Shown here piece by piece: positions 27,155 through 36,281 of a DNA stretch of 64,000 nucleotides (its first letter is position 1; each line of letters begins with the position of its first letter). Both the position numbers and the translations under genes were made by a program. Under the pieces are notes generated by a model. The model saw only the letters and a list, made by a program, of their open reading frames with translations, ran no database searches and was not told the DNA's origin. This stretch comes from Candidatus Sulfotelmatobacter sp. (GTDB taxonomy: Bacteria; Acidobacteriota; Terriglobia; Terriglobales; Acidobacteriaceae): contig JBAUYE010000355.1 in the NCBI GenBank assembly GCA_049584615.1, forward strand, positions 3,876-67,875. Direction: 5' to 3'.

Positions 27155-28689
27155 TGGGCCGGACTCACTCGATTCTCTCGGCTTTCACAGCGCTGGCCCT
27201 GGCCGCTTCCCTGCTTTCCTGCTCCAGGAAGGCCGATCCCAACACGCTGGTGATGGTGATCGAATCGAGCCCCACGAATCTGGACCCGCGCGTGGGAATC
27301 GACGCATATTCGGAGCGCATCGACAACTTGATTTTCGACGACCTGCTCTCGCGCGGCGATAACCTGGATGTGGCGCCAGGACTGGCTGAACGCTGGGAGA
27401 TTCCTGATCCGCTGACTTACGTTTTTCATCTGCATCACGGCGTGAAGTTTCACGACGGGCGCCCGCTTACCTCGCGCGATGTGAAATGGACCTTTGATTC
27501 GCTGCTTCAAGGCAGGGTTCGTAGCACCAAGGCGGCAGCCTATCGTTTTGTCGATCATGTCGACGCGCCCGATGATTTCACCGTGGTCTTTCACATGAAA
27601 GAGCCAGACGCAGCCCTGCTCTGGAACATCTCCGACGGCGCAGTGGGCATCGTGCCCTACGGCAGCGGAGATGAGATTTCACGACATCCGATCGGCTCGG
27701 GGCCGTTCAAGTTCGTGAGCGCCGAGACTGACAAAGAAGTGATCATCGAGCGCAACAAAGATTACTGGGGCGAAAAGGCGAAGCTTGCCCGCGTGCGCTT
27801 CGCAGTGGTTCCTGACGCCACAACGCGCGCGCTCGAGCTGCGCAAAGGCAGCGCCGACCTGGCCATCAACGCGCTCACGCCAGATATGGTGCTCGCCCTC
27901 GGGCGCGAGCCCTTTCTTGCGGTCGAACATGCGCCGGGCACGGAAGTGCAGTACTTGGGATTCAATTTACGCGATCCGATTCTCAAGGATGTGCGGGTGC
28001 GGCAGGCCATCGCCTATGCGCTCGACCGCCGGCCGATGATCGAATATTTGTGGCGGGGCATGGCACAGCCGGCGCGCAGCGTTCTACCTCCGCAAAGCTG
28101 GGCGTACAACGGCGACGTGCCGACTTACGACCACGATCCTGCCAAAGCGGAGAAGCTGCTCGACGCAGCCGGCTATCCTCCGGTAAACAGCGTGCGTTTT
28201 CACATCACCATGAAGACCTCCACCGACGAAAACACGCGGCTGATGGTTGCGGTTATGCAGCAACAACTCCGCGAGGTAGGAATTGCGCTCGACATTCGCA
28301 GCTTCGAGTCGGCCACCTTCTTTGCCGACGTGATCCACGGAGCGTTTCAACTTTATGGATTACGCTGGGTAGGGGGCAACGAAGATCCGGATATTTTCTA
28401 CGTGTTTCACTCCTCGAGGTTCCCACCGAACGGAGCCAACCGCGGCCACTACTCGAATCCCCGAATAGATGCGCTGATCGATCAGGCGCGCCGCGAAGTC
28501 GATCCCAAGGTGCGCAAGCCGATCTATGCCGAGATACAGCGCATCCTGGCTGAGCAGCTGCCTTACATCGATCTGTGGTATCTGGATAATGTTCTCGTTC
28601 ACAACAAACGGGTTCACAATCTCGAACTCAATCCTGCCGGAAACTACGATTTCCTGCGGACGGCGGAACTTGCCCCGGCAAAGAATTAA
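27154..28689 (+). CDS. ABC transporter substrate-binding lipoprotein (family 5, peptide/nickel type)
   Basis: The lipobox is LAASLLSCS. Family-5 features include NLDPRVG and GLAERWEIPDPLTYVFHLHHGVKFHDGRPLTSRDV. The ATG overlaps the upstream stop. The track ORF is over-extended to 27055. Confidence 0.85.
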   Translation: MGRTHSILSAFTALALAASLLSCSRKADPNTLVMVIESSPTNLDPRVGIDAYSERIDNLIFDDLLSRGDNLDVAPGLAERWEIPDPLTYVFHLHHGVKFHDGRPLTSRDVKWTFDSLLQGRVRSTKAAAYRFVDHVDAPDDFTVVFHMKEPDAALLWNISDGAVGIVPYGSGDEISRHPIGSGPFKFVSAETDKEVIIERNKDYWGEKAKLARVRFAVVPDATTRALELRKGSADLAINALTPDMVLALGREPFLAVEHAPGTEVQYLGFNLRDPILKDVRVRQAIAYALDRRPMIEYLWRGMAQPARSVLPPQSWAYNGDVPTYDHDPAKAEKLLDAAGYPPVNSVRFHITMKTSTDENTRLMVAVMQQQLREVGIALDIRSFESATFFADVIHGAFQLYGLRWVGGNEDPDIFYVFHSSRFPPNGANRGHYSNPRIDALIDQARREVDPKVRKPIYAEIQRILAEQLPYIDLWYLDNVLVHNKRVHNLELNPAGNYDFLRTAELAPAKN

Positions 28690-28760
28690 GCTTCCAACTT
28701 CGCGTGTTACCATCGAACTTTGGACGTAGCGCCGGCGTCCCTGCCGGCTCTCCTCTTTTC

Positions 28761-29552
28761 ATGCGGATTCTCTTCATCGGCGACATTTTCGGGCGGCCCG
28801 GGCGGACCATCGTCAAGGACCGGCTGCCCGGCGTTGTTCGCGATCAGGCCATCGACCTGGTGATTGCAAACGGAGAGAACTCGGCGGCTGGTTTCGGCAT
28901 CACTCCGGCGCTGGCCGAGGAATTGTTTGAGCTCAATATTGACGTCATCACCACCGGCAACCACGTCTGGGACAAACGCGAAATCCTGGATTACTTTCAG
29001 ATGGTCGAAGGCAACGGCCACGGTCCGCAACGCCGAGTCCTTCGTCCCGCAAATTATCCTGCGGATATGCCGGGCTGGGGCTTGTATCAGGGCCACAAAG
29101 GCAAGATCCCTTATGCCGTCATCAACCTGCAGGGGCGGGTTTTTATGGCATCGAATGACGATCCGTTTCGCACCGCCGACCAGCTTTTGCAGAAGATTAC
29201 AGCCAAGGTGATCTTCGTGGACTTCCACGCCGAGGCTACCTCGGAAAAAATCTCACTGGGATGGTACCTCGATGGACGCGTGACCGCGGTCGTTGGCACT
29301 CACACTCATGTTCCGACCGCCGATGAGCGCGTTCTGCCCAACGGAACCGCGTATGTCACTGACGTGGGCATGACTGGTCCTTATGACGGCGTAATCGGCG
29401 TGAAGAAAGAATTGGTGGTCAACAAGTTCCTCAACGGCATGCCGGTGCGCTTTGAGCCCGCCACGGGCGACGTGCGGCTGTGCGCGGTGGTGATCGACTG
29501 CGACGAAAAAACCGGCAAAGCGCGGGATATTGAACGGCTGATGCTGAGTTGA
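28761..29552 (+). CDS. YmdB-like metallophosphoesterase (TIGR00282-type 2',3'-cyclic-nucleotide phosphodiesterase family)
   Basis: MRILFIGDIFGRPGR ... VIANGENSAAGFGIT ... GNHVWDK ... DFHAEATSEK ... GTHTHVPT are the calcineurin-like motifs in YmdB order. Confidence 0.85.
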   Translation: MRILFIGDIFGRPGRTIVKDRLPGVVRDQAIDLVIANGENSAAGFGITPALAEELFELNIDVITTGNHVWDKREILDYFQMVEGNGHGPQRRVLRPANYPADMPGWGLYQGHKGKIPYAVINLQGRVFMASNDDPFRTADQLLQKITAKVIFVDFHAEATSEKISLGWYLDGRVTAVVGTHTHVPTADERVLPNGTAYVTDVGMTGPYDGVIGVKKELVVNKFLNGMPVRFEPATGDVRLCAVVIDCDEKTGKARDIERLMLS

Positions 29553-29694
29553 ACCGGAGCTGCTGAAGCTACTTCTGATCTCATCCTGAAAAATTCTATT
29601 AACTCGGAGGCGAGCCCGTGAGTGCTGTGGCGATTTAATGACAGTGCGGGGGCCGATTTGGCATGTACCAGTGCGTTAGACTGTTCTTGGCCCC

Positions 29695-29967
29695 ATGACA
29701 AAAGAAGAGAAGAAGCGCCTGTCTGCTGTTCTTCGTGCGACCGAATACCTGTTCCTTGAAAACATCGCACTCAAGCTGCTGCTCGAACATCGTCAGCTTG
29801 CAAATTGGCAGAAGCTGCTCGATCACCTGCTGTCGGACAAAGAGATAATGGCTGGAGTCGGCCTGAAATTTAGCGACCTTTACCGCCAACTTGAGGCGTC
29901 AAAAGACCCCTCGTCCGTCCTTGATGTCTTCTTGGCAGGACTTCCGACGGCGAAGAAGCCGCACTAG
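29695..29967 (+). CDS. Small helical hypothetical protein
   Basis: The 90-aa ORF is Leu/Lys/Glu-rich and helical-looking, and it lies upstream of the secretin gene. I recognise no domain. Confidence 0.4.
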   Translation: MTKEEKKRLSAVLRATEYLFLENIALKLLLEHRQLANWQKLLDHLLSDKEIMAGVGLKFSDLYRQLEASKDPSSVLDVFLAGLPTAKKPH

Positions 29968-30059
29968 CGCCGACGATTACGCGAATTGAGAGTCGGCCGA
30001 GTGAGGCGGGCGTCCAGCCAAAACCTTGAATTGGCATCCATGCAAGAAAGCGCCCTCCA

Positions 30060-30141
30060 CCCGTTCTTACCTGTAGTGCTCCATCCCGTCCCCCGTTTAG
30101 ACCGAAGGGACGGAGACTATTAGCTCTCGGCAAGAACGGGG
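30060..30141 (+). other. Nested stem-loop element in the 5' leader of the secretin gene
   Basis: The outer stem pairs CCCGTTCTTACC (30060-30071) with GGCAAGAACGGG (30129-30140), giving 11 of 12 pairs. The inner stem pairs CCGTCCC (30086-30092) with GGGACGG (30107-30113). The element ends 22 nt before the ATG at 30163. Confidence 0.35.
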
Positions 30142-30162
30142 CCTCAGGTTAAAATCAAACCG

Positions 30163-32034
30163 ATGCTGAAAGCATGGATCATGGTGGCGGCTTGTCTTCT
30201 GGCGGCGACGCCGGTCGTTCCGGCGTTCGCCGCGGACGACGCCGCCATCGACGCTCCCATCATCTCCTGCGGCAACGGAATCCCCGGCAGCGTTTACTGC
30301 GCTCCCACAAAGAAGGATTTGAAAGGAGCGCGCAACGCGTATGCCCGCGGGTTGAAGTTTCAGAGTCAAGATCGTCTGGAAGAAGCTTTTACGCAGTTCG
30401 ACGAGGCCTCGCGGCTGGCGCCGCAAGACCTAGCGTTCCTTTCGGCGGAGGAGCTGACGAAGTCGCAACTGGTGTTTCAGCACACGGAACGCGGCGATTC
30501 CCTCCTGGCCCTGGCTCAGCCACAGCAGGCGGCGGCTGAGTTCCGGGCTGCGCTGAAACTTGATCCCGATGATGCTTATGTCGAGGAACGCCTCACACAA
30601 GCGCTGCGCGGTCCGGTAGCTTCCCGGCTGGGCGAATTGTCTGCGACGCTGGCCAATGCCAGCGAAATCGAGCTCCAGCCGCGGAAGTATCTTGCGACTT
30701 TTCACTACCGCGGGGATATTCGCGGGTTGTTCAACGAGCTGGCCGCGGCCTATGGCGTGAGCGCTGAATTTGACGATTCGGTTACGGCAAAGCCAGTCCG
30801 TTTTTATGTGGACGATGTGGACTTCTCTACCGCTCTTCGCCTGGCGTGTCTAGTAAGCGGGACGATGTGGACGCCGCTCGATGCGCACCAGGTATTCATC
30901 GCAAAGGACACCCAGCAGAATCACAAGCAGTTTGACCGCATGTCGCTCGCCACTTTTTCGATACCCGGAGCGAGCACGCCGCAGGAAGTCACCGAACTCG
31001 TCACCTCGCTGAAGACCATTTGCGAATTTCAGAAGATCAGTTCAGGGCAGAATGGAACGGTAGAAGTCCGTGCCCCGCAGACCACGCTGCAGGCGTGTAC
31101 CAGGCTTTTGCACCAGTTGACCAACGAGCGTCCGCAGGTGGCGCTCGATATCGAGGTCTACCAGATCAGCCACAACTTCACCCGCGAAATCGGGATGCAC
31201 ATTCCGAATACGTTCAATCTATACAACATTCCGGTGGCAGCGATAGCGGCGGCGGTGGCGGCGCTGGGCGGACAGAACCTGCAGTCGCTCGCCAACCAGC
31301 TGATTTCTTCCGGCGGCATCAATGCCGCTGGAAGTACGGCGCTGTCCGGGCTTCTGGCGCAACTGCAGAACCAGACCAGCGGCATCTTCAGCCAGCCTCT
31401 GGCCACTTTCGGCAACGGGCTTTCCTTTTCAGGAGTGAGCCTGGATCACCTTACGGCCGCGCTTTCCTTGAACGAGTCATGGGCCCGCAGCCTGAGTCGC
31501 GTGACCCTGCGCGCAGGACAGGGCAACGACGCTACGCTCCATGTGGGCGAGCGCTATCCCATTCTGAATGCGTCCTACGCGCCCATCTATAATTCCTCGG
31601 CGATTTCTGCGGTCTTGGGGAATCAAAGCTACGTGCCGCCCGTTCCGTCGGTCAGCTACGAGGATCTGGGGCTGAGCCTCAAGGCCAAGCCGGAGGTCCA
31701 TGGCAACAACGAAGTGACCCTGACGCTCGAACTGCAGGTGCGCTCCCTGACCGGGCAGAGCTCGAATGGGGTGCCGGTGCTTTCCAATACGGAATACAAA
31801 GGCGGCATAAGACTGCGTGATGGCGAGCCAGCCGTAGTGGCAGGAGAAATCTCTACCAACGATCAGCTTTCGATTGCCGGTATTCCCGGTATCGGGGACA
31901 TTCCGCTCTTGAATCAAGCTGCGAACGATAACAACCGGATGAAGGAAGAGGACGAACTGCTGATCGTGATCACGCCGCACGTCCTGGCTAACTCGGACCG
32001 GACCACGGACGAGATCTGGCTGAGCGAGAAGTAG
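30163..32034 (+). CDS. Secretin-family outer-membrane channel with an N-terminal TPR-like region (orphan type II/III secretion system protein)
   Basis: A signal peptide MLKAWIMVAACLLAATPVVPAFA is followed by TPR-like helices. The C-terminal secretin signature is GIPGIGDIPLLNQAANDNNRMKEEDELLIVITPHVL. Confidence 0.8.
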   Translation: MLKAWIMVAACLLAATPVVPAFAADDAAIDAPIISCGNGIPGSVYCAPTKKDLKGARNAYARGLKFQSQDRLEEAFTQFDEASRLAPQDLAFLSAEELTKSQLVFQHTERGDSLLALAQPQQAAAEFRAALKLDPDDAYVEERLTQALRGPVASRLGELSATLANASEIELQPRKYLATFHYRGDIRGLFNELAAAYGVSAEFDDSVTAKPVRFYVDDVDFSTALRLACLVSGTMWTPLDAHQVFIAKDTQQNHKQFDRMSLATFSIPGASTPQEVTELVTSLKTICEFQKISSGQNGTVEVRAPQTTLQACTRLLHQLTNERPQVALDIEVYQISHNFTREIGMHIPNTFNLYNIPVAAIAAAVAALGGQNLQSLANQLISSGGINAAGSTALSGLLAQLQNQTSGIFSQPLATFGNGLSFSGVSLDHLTAALSLNESWARSLSRVTLRAGQGNDATLHVGERYPILNASYAPIYNSSAISAVLGNQSYVPPVPSVSYEDLGLSLKAKPEVHGNNEVTLTLELQVRSLTGQSSNGVPVLSNTEYKGGIRLRDGEPAVVAGEISTNDQLSIAGIPGIGDIPLLNQAANDNNRMKEEDELLIVITPHVLANSDRTTDEIWLSEK

Positions 32035-32058
32035 CTCCCTCACTTGCCCGAAGCCCGG

Positions 32059-32970
32059 TTACTTCGCTTCCTTCGCGGCAAAATCCACCAGGCCTTTATA
32101 GCTCTCGGCCATTCGCGGATCAACATTTCCGATTGCTCGGCCGTTGATGAAAAGAGTCGGCGTGCCGTTCACGTTGACGGCCTTGCCCAGGGCAATGGAG
32201 GCGTCGACGCGGGCCTTGGTTGCGGGAGTGCGGGCACAAGCTGCAATGTCAGACCCTTTCACGCCCGCTCCATCCGCCAGCGCCGTCAACTTTTCATCGG
32301 CGTTTTCGGCCGTGATGTCGGATTGCGTTTCGTACGTCTTGGCGATGAATTTCCAGAACGCATCGTTTGACGCGCGCCCCACGCAGTCGGCGTAAGCCGC
32401 GCCTTTTGCCGCCCAGTTGTGCATCTCAAGAGGAAAATTCTGAAAGACAAAGCGCGCAGTGGGCTCCGCCGCAACGAGTCCCTCGATCACCGGCTGCGCC
32501 GCTTTGCATGCCGGACACTGCAGATCCCCGAACTCAACAATCGTAACTGCCGCGTCTTTCGGTCCGCGCGAGGGGCCTGTAATTCCTTTCTCCAGAATTT
32601 TCTGCGCCGGAGCGAAAGGTTTGGCGCCAAACGGAATAATTTCGCCAAGCACTGCGTGTTCCCCATCCGCCGTAACGTAGAACCGGCTGGCCGACTGGCC
32701 CTCGGGTGTGGCGAGAACCACGTCGACTTGGGCCAGTCCTGGCACGGGGGCGGGTTTGATGCTGGAAATCTTCCAACTCACCTGGGGTTCATAGCCAAAG
32801 GTCTGTTGCATGAAGGAGTCCACCGTAGATTCCGAAGGAAGATCGACCGCCACTCCGGCTGGTTTATCGGCGGGCTTCGCGTCTGGAGTCTTCGCCTTGC
32901 TCGGGCTTTGAGCTGCGGCCAGGCTGCTTGCCAGCAGGAGGATAAGAATCAGATTGATAGAACTGCGCAT
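32059..32970 (-). CDS. DsbA-family thiol:disulfide oxidoreductase (secreted)
   Basis: A signal peptide MRSSINLILILLLASSLAAA and a thioredoxin-fold CPAC active site (FGDLQCPACKAAQP) are present. Confidence 0.8.
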   Translation of the reverse strand: MRSSINLILILLLASSLAAAQSPSKAKTPDAKPADKPAGVAVDLPSESTVDSFMQQTFGYEPQVSWKISSIKPAPVPGLAQVDVVLATPEGQSASRFYVTADGEHAVLGEIIPFGAKPFAPAQKILEKGITGPSRGPKDAAVTIVEFGDLQCPACKAAQPVIEGLVAAEPTARFVFQNFPLEMHNWAAKGAAYADCVGRASNDAFWKFIAKTYETQSDITAENADEKLTALADGAGVKGSDIAACARTPATKARVDASIALGKAVNVNGTPTLFINGRAIGNVDPRMAESYKGLVDFAAKEAK

Positions 32971-33035
32971 GGTTTCCTTTCAATTCAAAATTATTGAGGA
33001 GCAGGACACACTGGGATCAATCTCTGACGGCCCTT

Positions 33036-34676
33036 TCAATCCTCACTCTTCGCAGCAATGGGAAAACGGCGGCCGTAGCCGAAGGCCTTGGGAGAAATTT
33101 TAATACCCGGGGCCGCCTGCTGACGCTTGTACTCGGCGCGATCCACCATCCGGACGACGCGCCGCACAAGTTCGATGTCAAAACCGCGATCGGCCGCAAT
33201 GCGCTCGGCGGAGTGCGCGTCTTCCACGTAATCTTCAAGCACTGCGTCCAGAATCTCGTAGGGCGGAAGCGAATCGCTGTCTTTCTGGTCGGGCCGGAGC
33301 TCCGCGGATGGCGGCTTCTCCAGCGTAGCCTGCGGAATCACCGCTCGGCGCGAATTCACGTAATGACTCAGCCGGTAAACCATGGTCTTCGGCACATCCG
33401 AAATGACCGCCAGGCCGCCGACCATGTCCCCGTAAAGTGTACAGTAGCCCACGCCCAGTTCGCTCTTGTTGCCGGTGGAGAGCACGATGGCGCCGAACTT
33501 ATTCGACAGCGCCATCAGGAGCGTGCCTCGGGCGCGCGACTGGATATTTTCTTCCGTAACGTCTTGCTTCCGGCCCGCGAACACTCCCTGCAGGGTTTGC
33601 CGGTAGGCTTCAAACGTTCGATCGATGGAGAGCAACTCGAAGCGCATGCCCAGATTCTTTGCCAGCGCGCGGGCGTCGTCGATGGAACCCGGCGATGAAT
33701 ACGGGCCGGGCATGCCCACACCGATCACGTTCTCTGCTCCGATAGCGTCAGCAGCGATGACGGCGGTGAGCGCCGAATCAATTCCACCGCTCAGGCCGAT
33801 GATGGCTTGTTGAAATCCGCATTTGCGCATGTAATCGCGCGTGCCCAGTACCAGCGCGGCGTATACGCTGGCATCCTCGCCTTCTATCTGCTCGTGCAGC
33901 TCGCCGGTGAGGGTTTTGGAATCGAAGTAAATGAGATCCTCTTCGAACGATTTCCCCTGCGCGATGACCTCGCCGTTCGCATTGAGCACCAGGCTCGATC
34001 CGTCGAAGACCAGGCTGTCGTTGCCTCCAACTTGATTGACCAGAGCGACTGGAACTTTGTGGTGGCGGGCGATGGCGGCCAGCATGTCGCGGCGCAGTTC
34101 GCGCTTGCCGATCCAGAAGGGAGATGAGGAGATGTTAAGCACGAAGTTCCCTCCGGCGCGGACCAGGGCTTCGATGGGATCGACTGTGTACAGGCGTTTG
34201 GGCCAGAACAGCTTGTCGTTCCAGGCATCTTCGCAGATGGTAAGCGCCATCTGGTTGCCGCAGAAGGAGAACAGATCCTGACTCTTGGCGGGCGCGAAGT
34301 TGCGCATCTCGTCGAAAACGTCGTAGGTGGGCAGGAGCATCTTCGATTGCAGGAAGACAATCTTGCCATCCTGCAACAGCGCGGCGGAATTCATGGCGGA
34401 CTTGCCGGTTTCGGAGTGTGCCGGAGTCACGAGGCCGCAGATCACGGAGATGCCGCGGGTTTCAAGAGCGATCTGCTCGGCAGTCTCGCGATTGCGTGCG
34501 ACGAAGGATGGACGCTCCACCAGATCACGAGGCGGATAGCCGCACACCGACAACTCAGGGAACAGAATCAGCCCGGCGCCGTTCCATTCCGCGCGGCGGG
34601 AAAACTCGACGATCTTGTTCCGGTTGCCTGCGAAATCTCCGACCGTGGGGTTGATTTGGCCGAGCGCGATCTTCAC
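33036..34676 (-). CDS. nadE: Glutamine-dependent NAD+ synthetase
   Basis: The N-terminal CN-hydrolase domain is MKIALGQINPTVGDF..FPELSVCGYPP. The synthetase domain contains GLSGGIDSALTA. The start is GTG at 34676. Confidence 0.95.
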   Translation of the reverse strand: MKIALGQINPTVGDFAGNRNKIVEFSRRAEWNGAGLILFPELSVCGYPPRDLVERPSFVARNRETAEQIALETRGISVICGLVTPAHSETGKSAMNSAALLQDGKIVFLQSKMLLPTYDVFDEMRNFAPAKSQDLFSFCGNQMALTICEDAWNDKLFWPKRLYTVDPIEALVRAGGNFVLNISSSPFWIGKRELRRDMLAAIARHHKVPVALVNQVGGNDSLVFDGSSLVLNANGEVIAQGKSFEEDLIYFDSKTLTGELHEQIEGEDASVYAALVLGTRDYMRKCGFQQAIIGLSGGIDSALTAVIAADAIGAENVIGVGMPGPYSSPGSIDDARALAKNLGMRFELLSIDRTFEAYRQTLQGVFAGRKQDVTEENIQSRARGTLLMALSNKFGAIVLSTGNKSELGVGYCTLYGDMVGGLAVISDVPKTMVYRLSHYVNSRRAVIPQATLEKPPSAELRPDQKDSDSLPPYEILDAVLEDYVEDAHSAERIAADRGFDIELVRRVVRMVDRAEYKRQQAAPGIKISPKAFGYGRRFPIAAKSED

Positions 34677-34779
34677 GTATTTAGTGTAAAGCAGGAAGGC
34701 GGGCTTCGGCTTTCCGGCTTCGGCTTGGTCGGACCGCGATCCAGATAGAAAAATTACGGATCAAAAATTGCTAAAATAT

Positions 34780-34917
34780 CTGGAATCAGTGGGTTACGGT
34801 GTTTGGGGTCGGGTCGAATCCGGCTAAAATCTTGGAAACAAATGACTTGCTCGTAAAATATTCCATTCAAAGGACTTAGGCAATCTTACTTGGGGTAAGT
34901 GCCCTGGAATCAGTGGG
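34780..34917. repeat. Two copies of a 14-bp direct repeat (CTGGAATCAGTGGG) in an AT-rich 414-bp gap
   Basis: Exact copies lie at 34780-34793 and 34904-34917, each flanked by AAAATAT(T). My hand count gives about 42% G+C over 34741-35020. Confidence 0.7.
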
Positions 34918-35090
34918 CGTCTCGCAAAATATTGCATTTGCGGGAGTTATCTCATTGCTATTCTTTTGTCAATGATCCAATGCGTATAGAGATAGGGTCT
35001 CACGTTTGAGAATGGGAGTCAAGGGAAACCGCGCGGTGAGGAAAGGATTCGGGTAGTGAGTGCAACGGGGATTCGTCGCCAACTACAGAG

Positions 35091-35618
35091 TCAATCGCCT
35101 TCGTTTACCTGCACTTTATAGGTATGTCCCTTGGGAACCAAAATCCATGTGTTGTCGCTCTCGAAAGGTCCGACTACTATGCGGTAGGGCTTCGGTCGTG
35201 GTGGACCGAAAGACATGCCTTCTCCACGCAGGTCAAGTCCCGACTCGACGTACGCTGGTGATGCTGGTTTTTGGCCAAACGGCCCATCGAATATCAACAA
35301 CGTAAAATTCTTCGCAGATCTTGAACCGTCGATTACTACCACGGCAAAATCTGTCGCGCCGTCGCTGTTGAAGTCGCCAACGACTGCATACGGGTGGTAG
35401 TCGGGAACGGGCGGCCAGTTTCCTCCATAGCCTGTTTTCATTTGCTGAATGTCTTCCGGGCAACCACAGTCTGCGTCCGTGGCGACACGGTATGTAGGAT
35501 GCCCTGACAGCCAACCGTCGATAATTTTCTGGTCCTGCTGCGTCAAGGTGTGTCCACACCAAGCGGGCAACGCCGAAAACAACAAAGTTGCGAGCAGCGG
35601 CAATCGTTTGAAGGACAT
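35091..35618 (-). CDS. Hypothetical secreted protein with one FG-GAP/VCBS-like motif
   Basis: A signal peptide MSFKRLPLLATLLFSALPAWCG and the motif VVGDFNSDGATDFAVVVIDG are present. G+C is visibly lower than in neighbouring genes. The track ORF is over-extended to 35663. Confidence 0.55.
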   Translation of the reverse strand: MSFKRLPLLATLLFSALPAWCGHTLTQQDQKIIDGWLSGHPTYRVATDADCGCPEDIQQMKTGYGGNWPPVPDYHPYAVVGDFNSDGATDFAVVVIDGSRSAKNFTLLIFDGPFGQKPASPAYVESGLDLRGEGMSFGPPRPKPYRIVVGPFESDNTWILVPKGHTYKVQVNEGD

Positions 35619-35712
35619 ATGGACTCCGCAGCGTGAGCCGTGAAGTGATTGTATGCGTGGCACTCAGCAATTCCAACGGATACGTCGAACTGTTGTGACC
35701 AGGCGTTAACGC

Positions 35713-35949
35713 TCATTCACCCGCTGATGAGCCGTCGGGGCTGGGCTTTCGTCTTCTGAAGGACCTCGCGACGTATATGCCGATGCCTGCGTAAAGCGCC
35801 CAATTTAAATTTCGCTCTCCCGGAAACCAGACTATCAACTCTAGGACGGAAAACATCCACGCCGCAGCGACGATTCTCGCCCAAGCCCATAAAGGGCTGA
35901 CTCGTCTTTGCGGCCAAGCCAATCCTATCGGAATCAGCCAAGCTCCCAA
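35713..35949 (-). CDS. Possible small two-helix membrane protein
   Basis: The 78-aa ORF has two hydrophobic stretches (WLIPIGLAW, IVAAAWMFSVLELIVWF, ALYAGIGIYVA). A second ORF in another frame overlaps the same region, so the call is weak. Confidence 0.3.
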   Translation of the reverse strand: MGAWLIPIGLAWPQRRVSPLWAWARIVAAAWMFSVLELIVWFPGERNLNWALYAGIGIYVARSFRRRKPSPDGSSAGE

Positions 35950-36200
35950 AAGTCAACCCAGAAGGAGTTTCTCGCCGAGATTCACAAAGTCATCATATTC
36001 TCCAAAATGGTGATTGATGCACTGCGGGAGATGACTGTCGTAACCAGGCGTTAGCACTCAAAATGATGACGGGCGGAGGTTGGAGCTTCCATTCGGGCGT
36101 GCGTTTCCATGGTGCGCGACTCTTAGTCTGCTGGTTCCTGCGCGGCATGGTCGGGGGATGGAGTGGCGTCGCCTTCGCGCCTTTACTCTGGGCTTTCAAC

Positions 36201-36220
36201 CCCCGCACTTACGTGCGGGG
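36201..36220 (-). terminator. GC-rich hairpin downstream of the PilZ-like gene (possible intrinsic terminator lacking a U-tract)
   Basis: CCCCGCAC-TTAC-GTGCGGGG forms a perfect 8-bp stem with a 4-nt loop. It lies 62 nt after the stop at 36282. Confidence 0.35.
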
Positions 36221-36281
36221 CTGACGAATGGCGTCGCTTCGCGACTCCTCGGCCGCGGCTTGCCGCGGGCCGTCGACGTAC

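Noticed and set aside
34808-34824. A tRNA T-arm-like hairpin, GTCGG-GTCGAAT-CCGGC, that might mark a tRNA gene or an integration-site remnant.
   Set aside because: I could not build an acceptor stem, D-arm or anticodon arm from the flanking ~70 nt, and the downstream TAAAATC has no complementary 5' partner. At most it is a fragment. It is kept only as supporting detail for the low-G+C islet finding.
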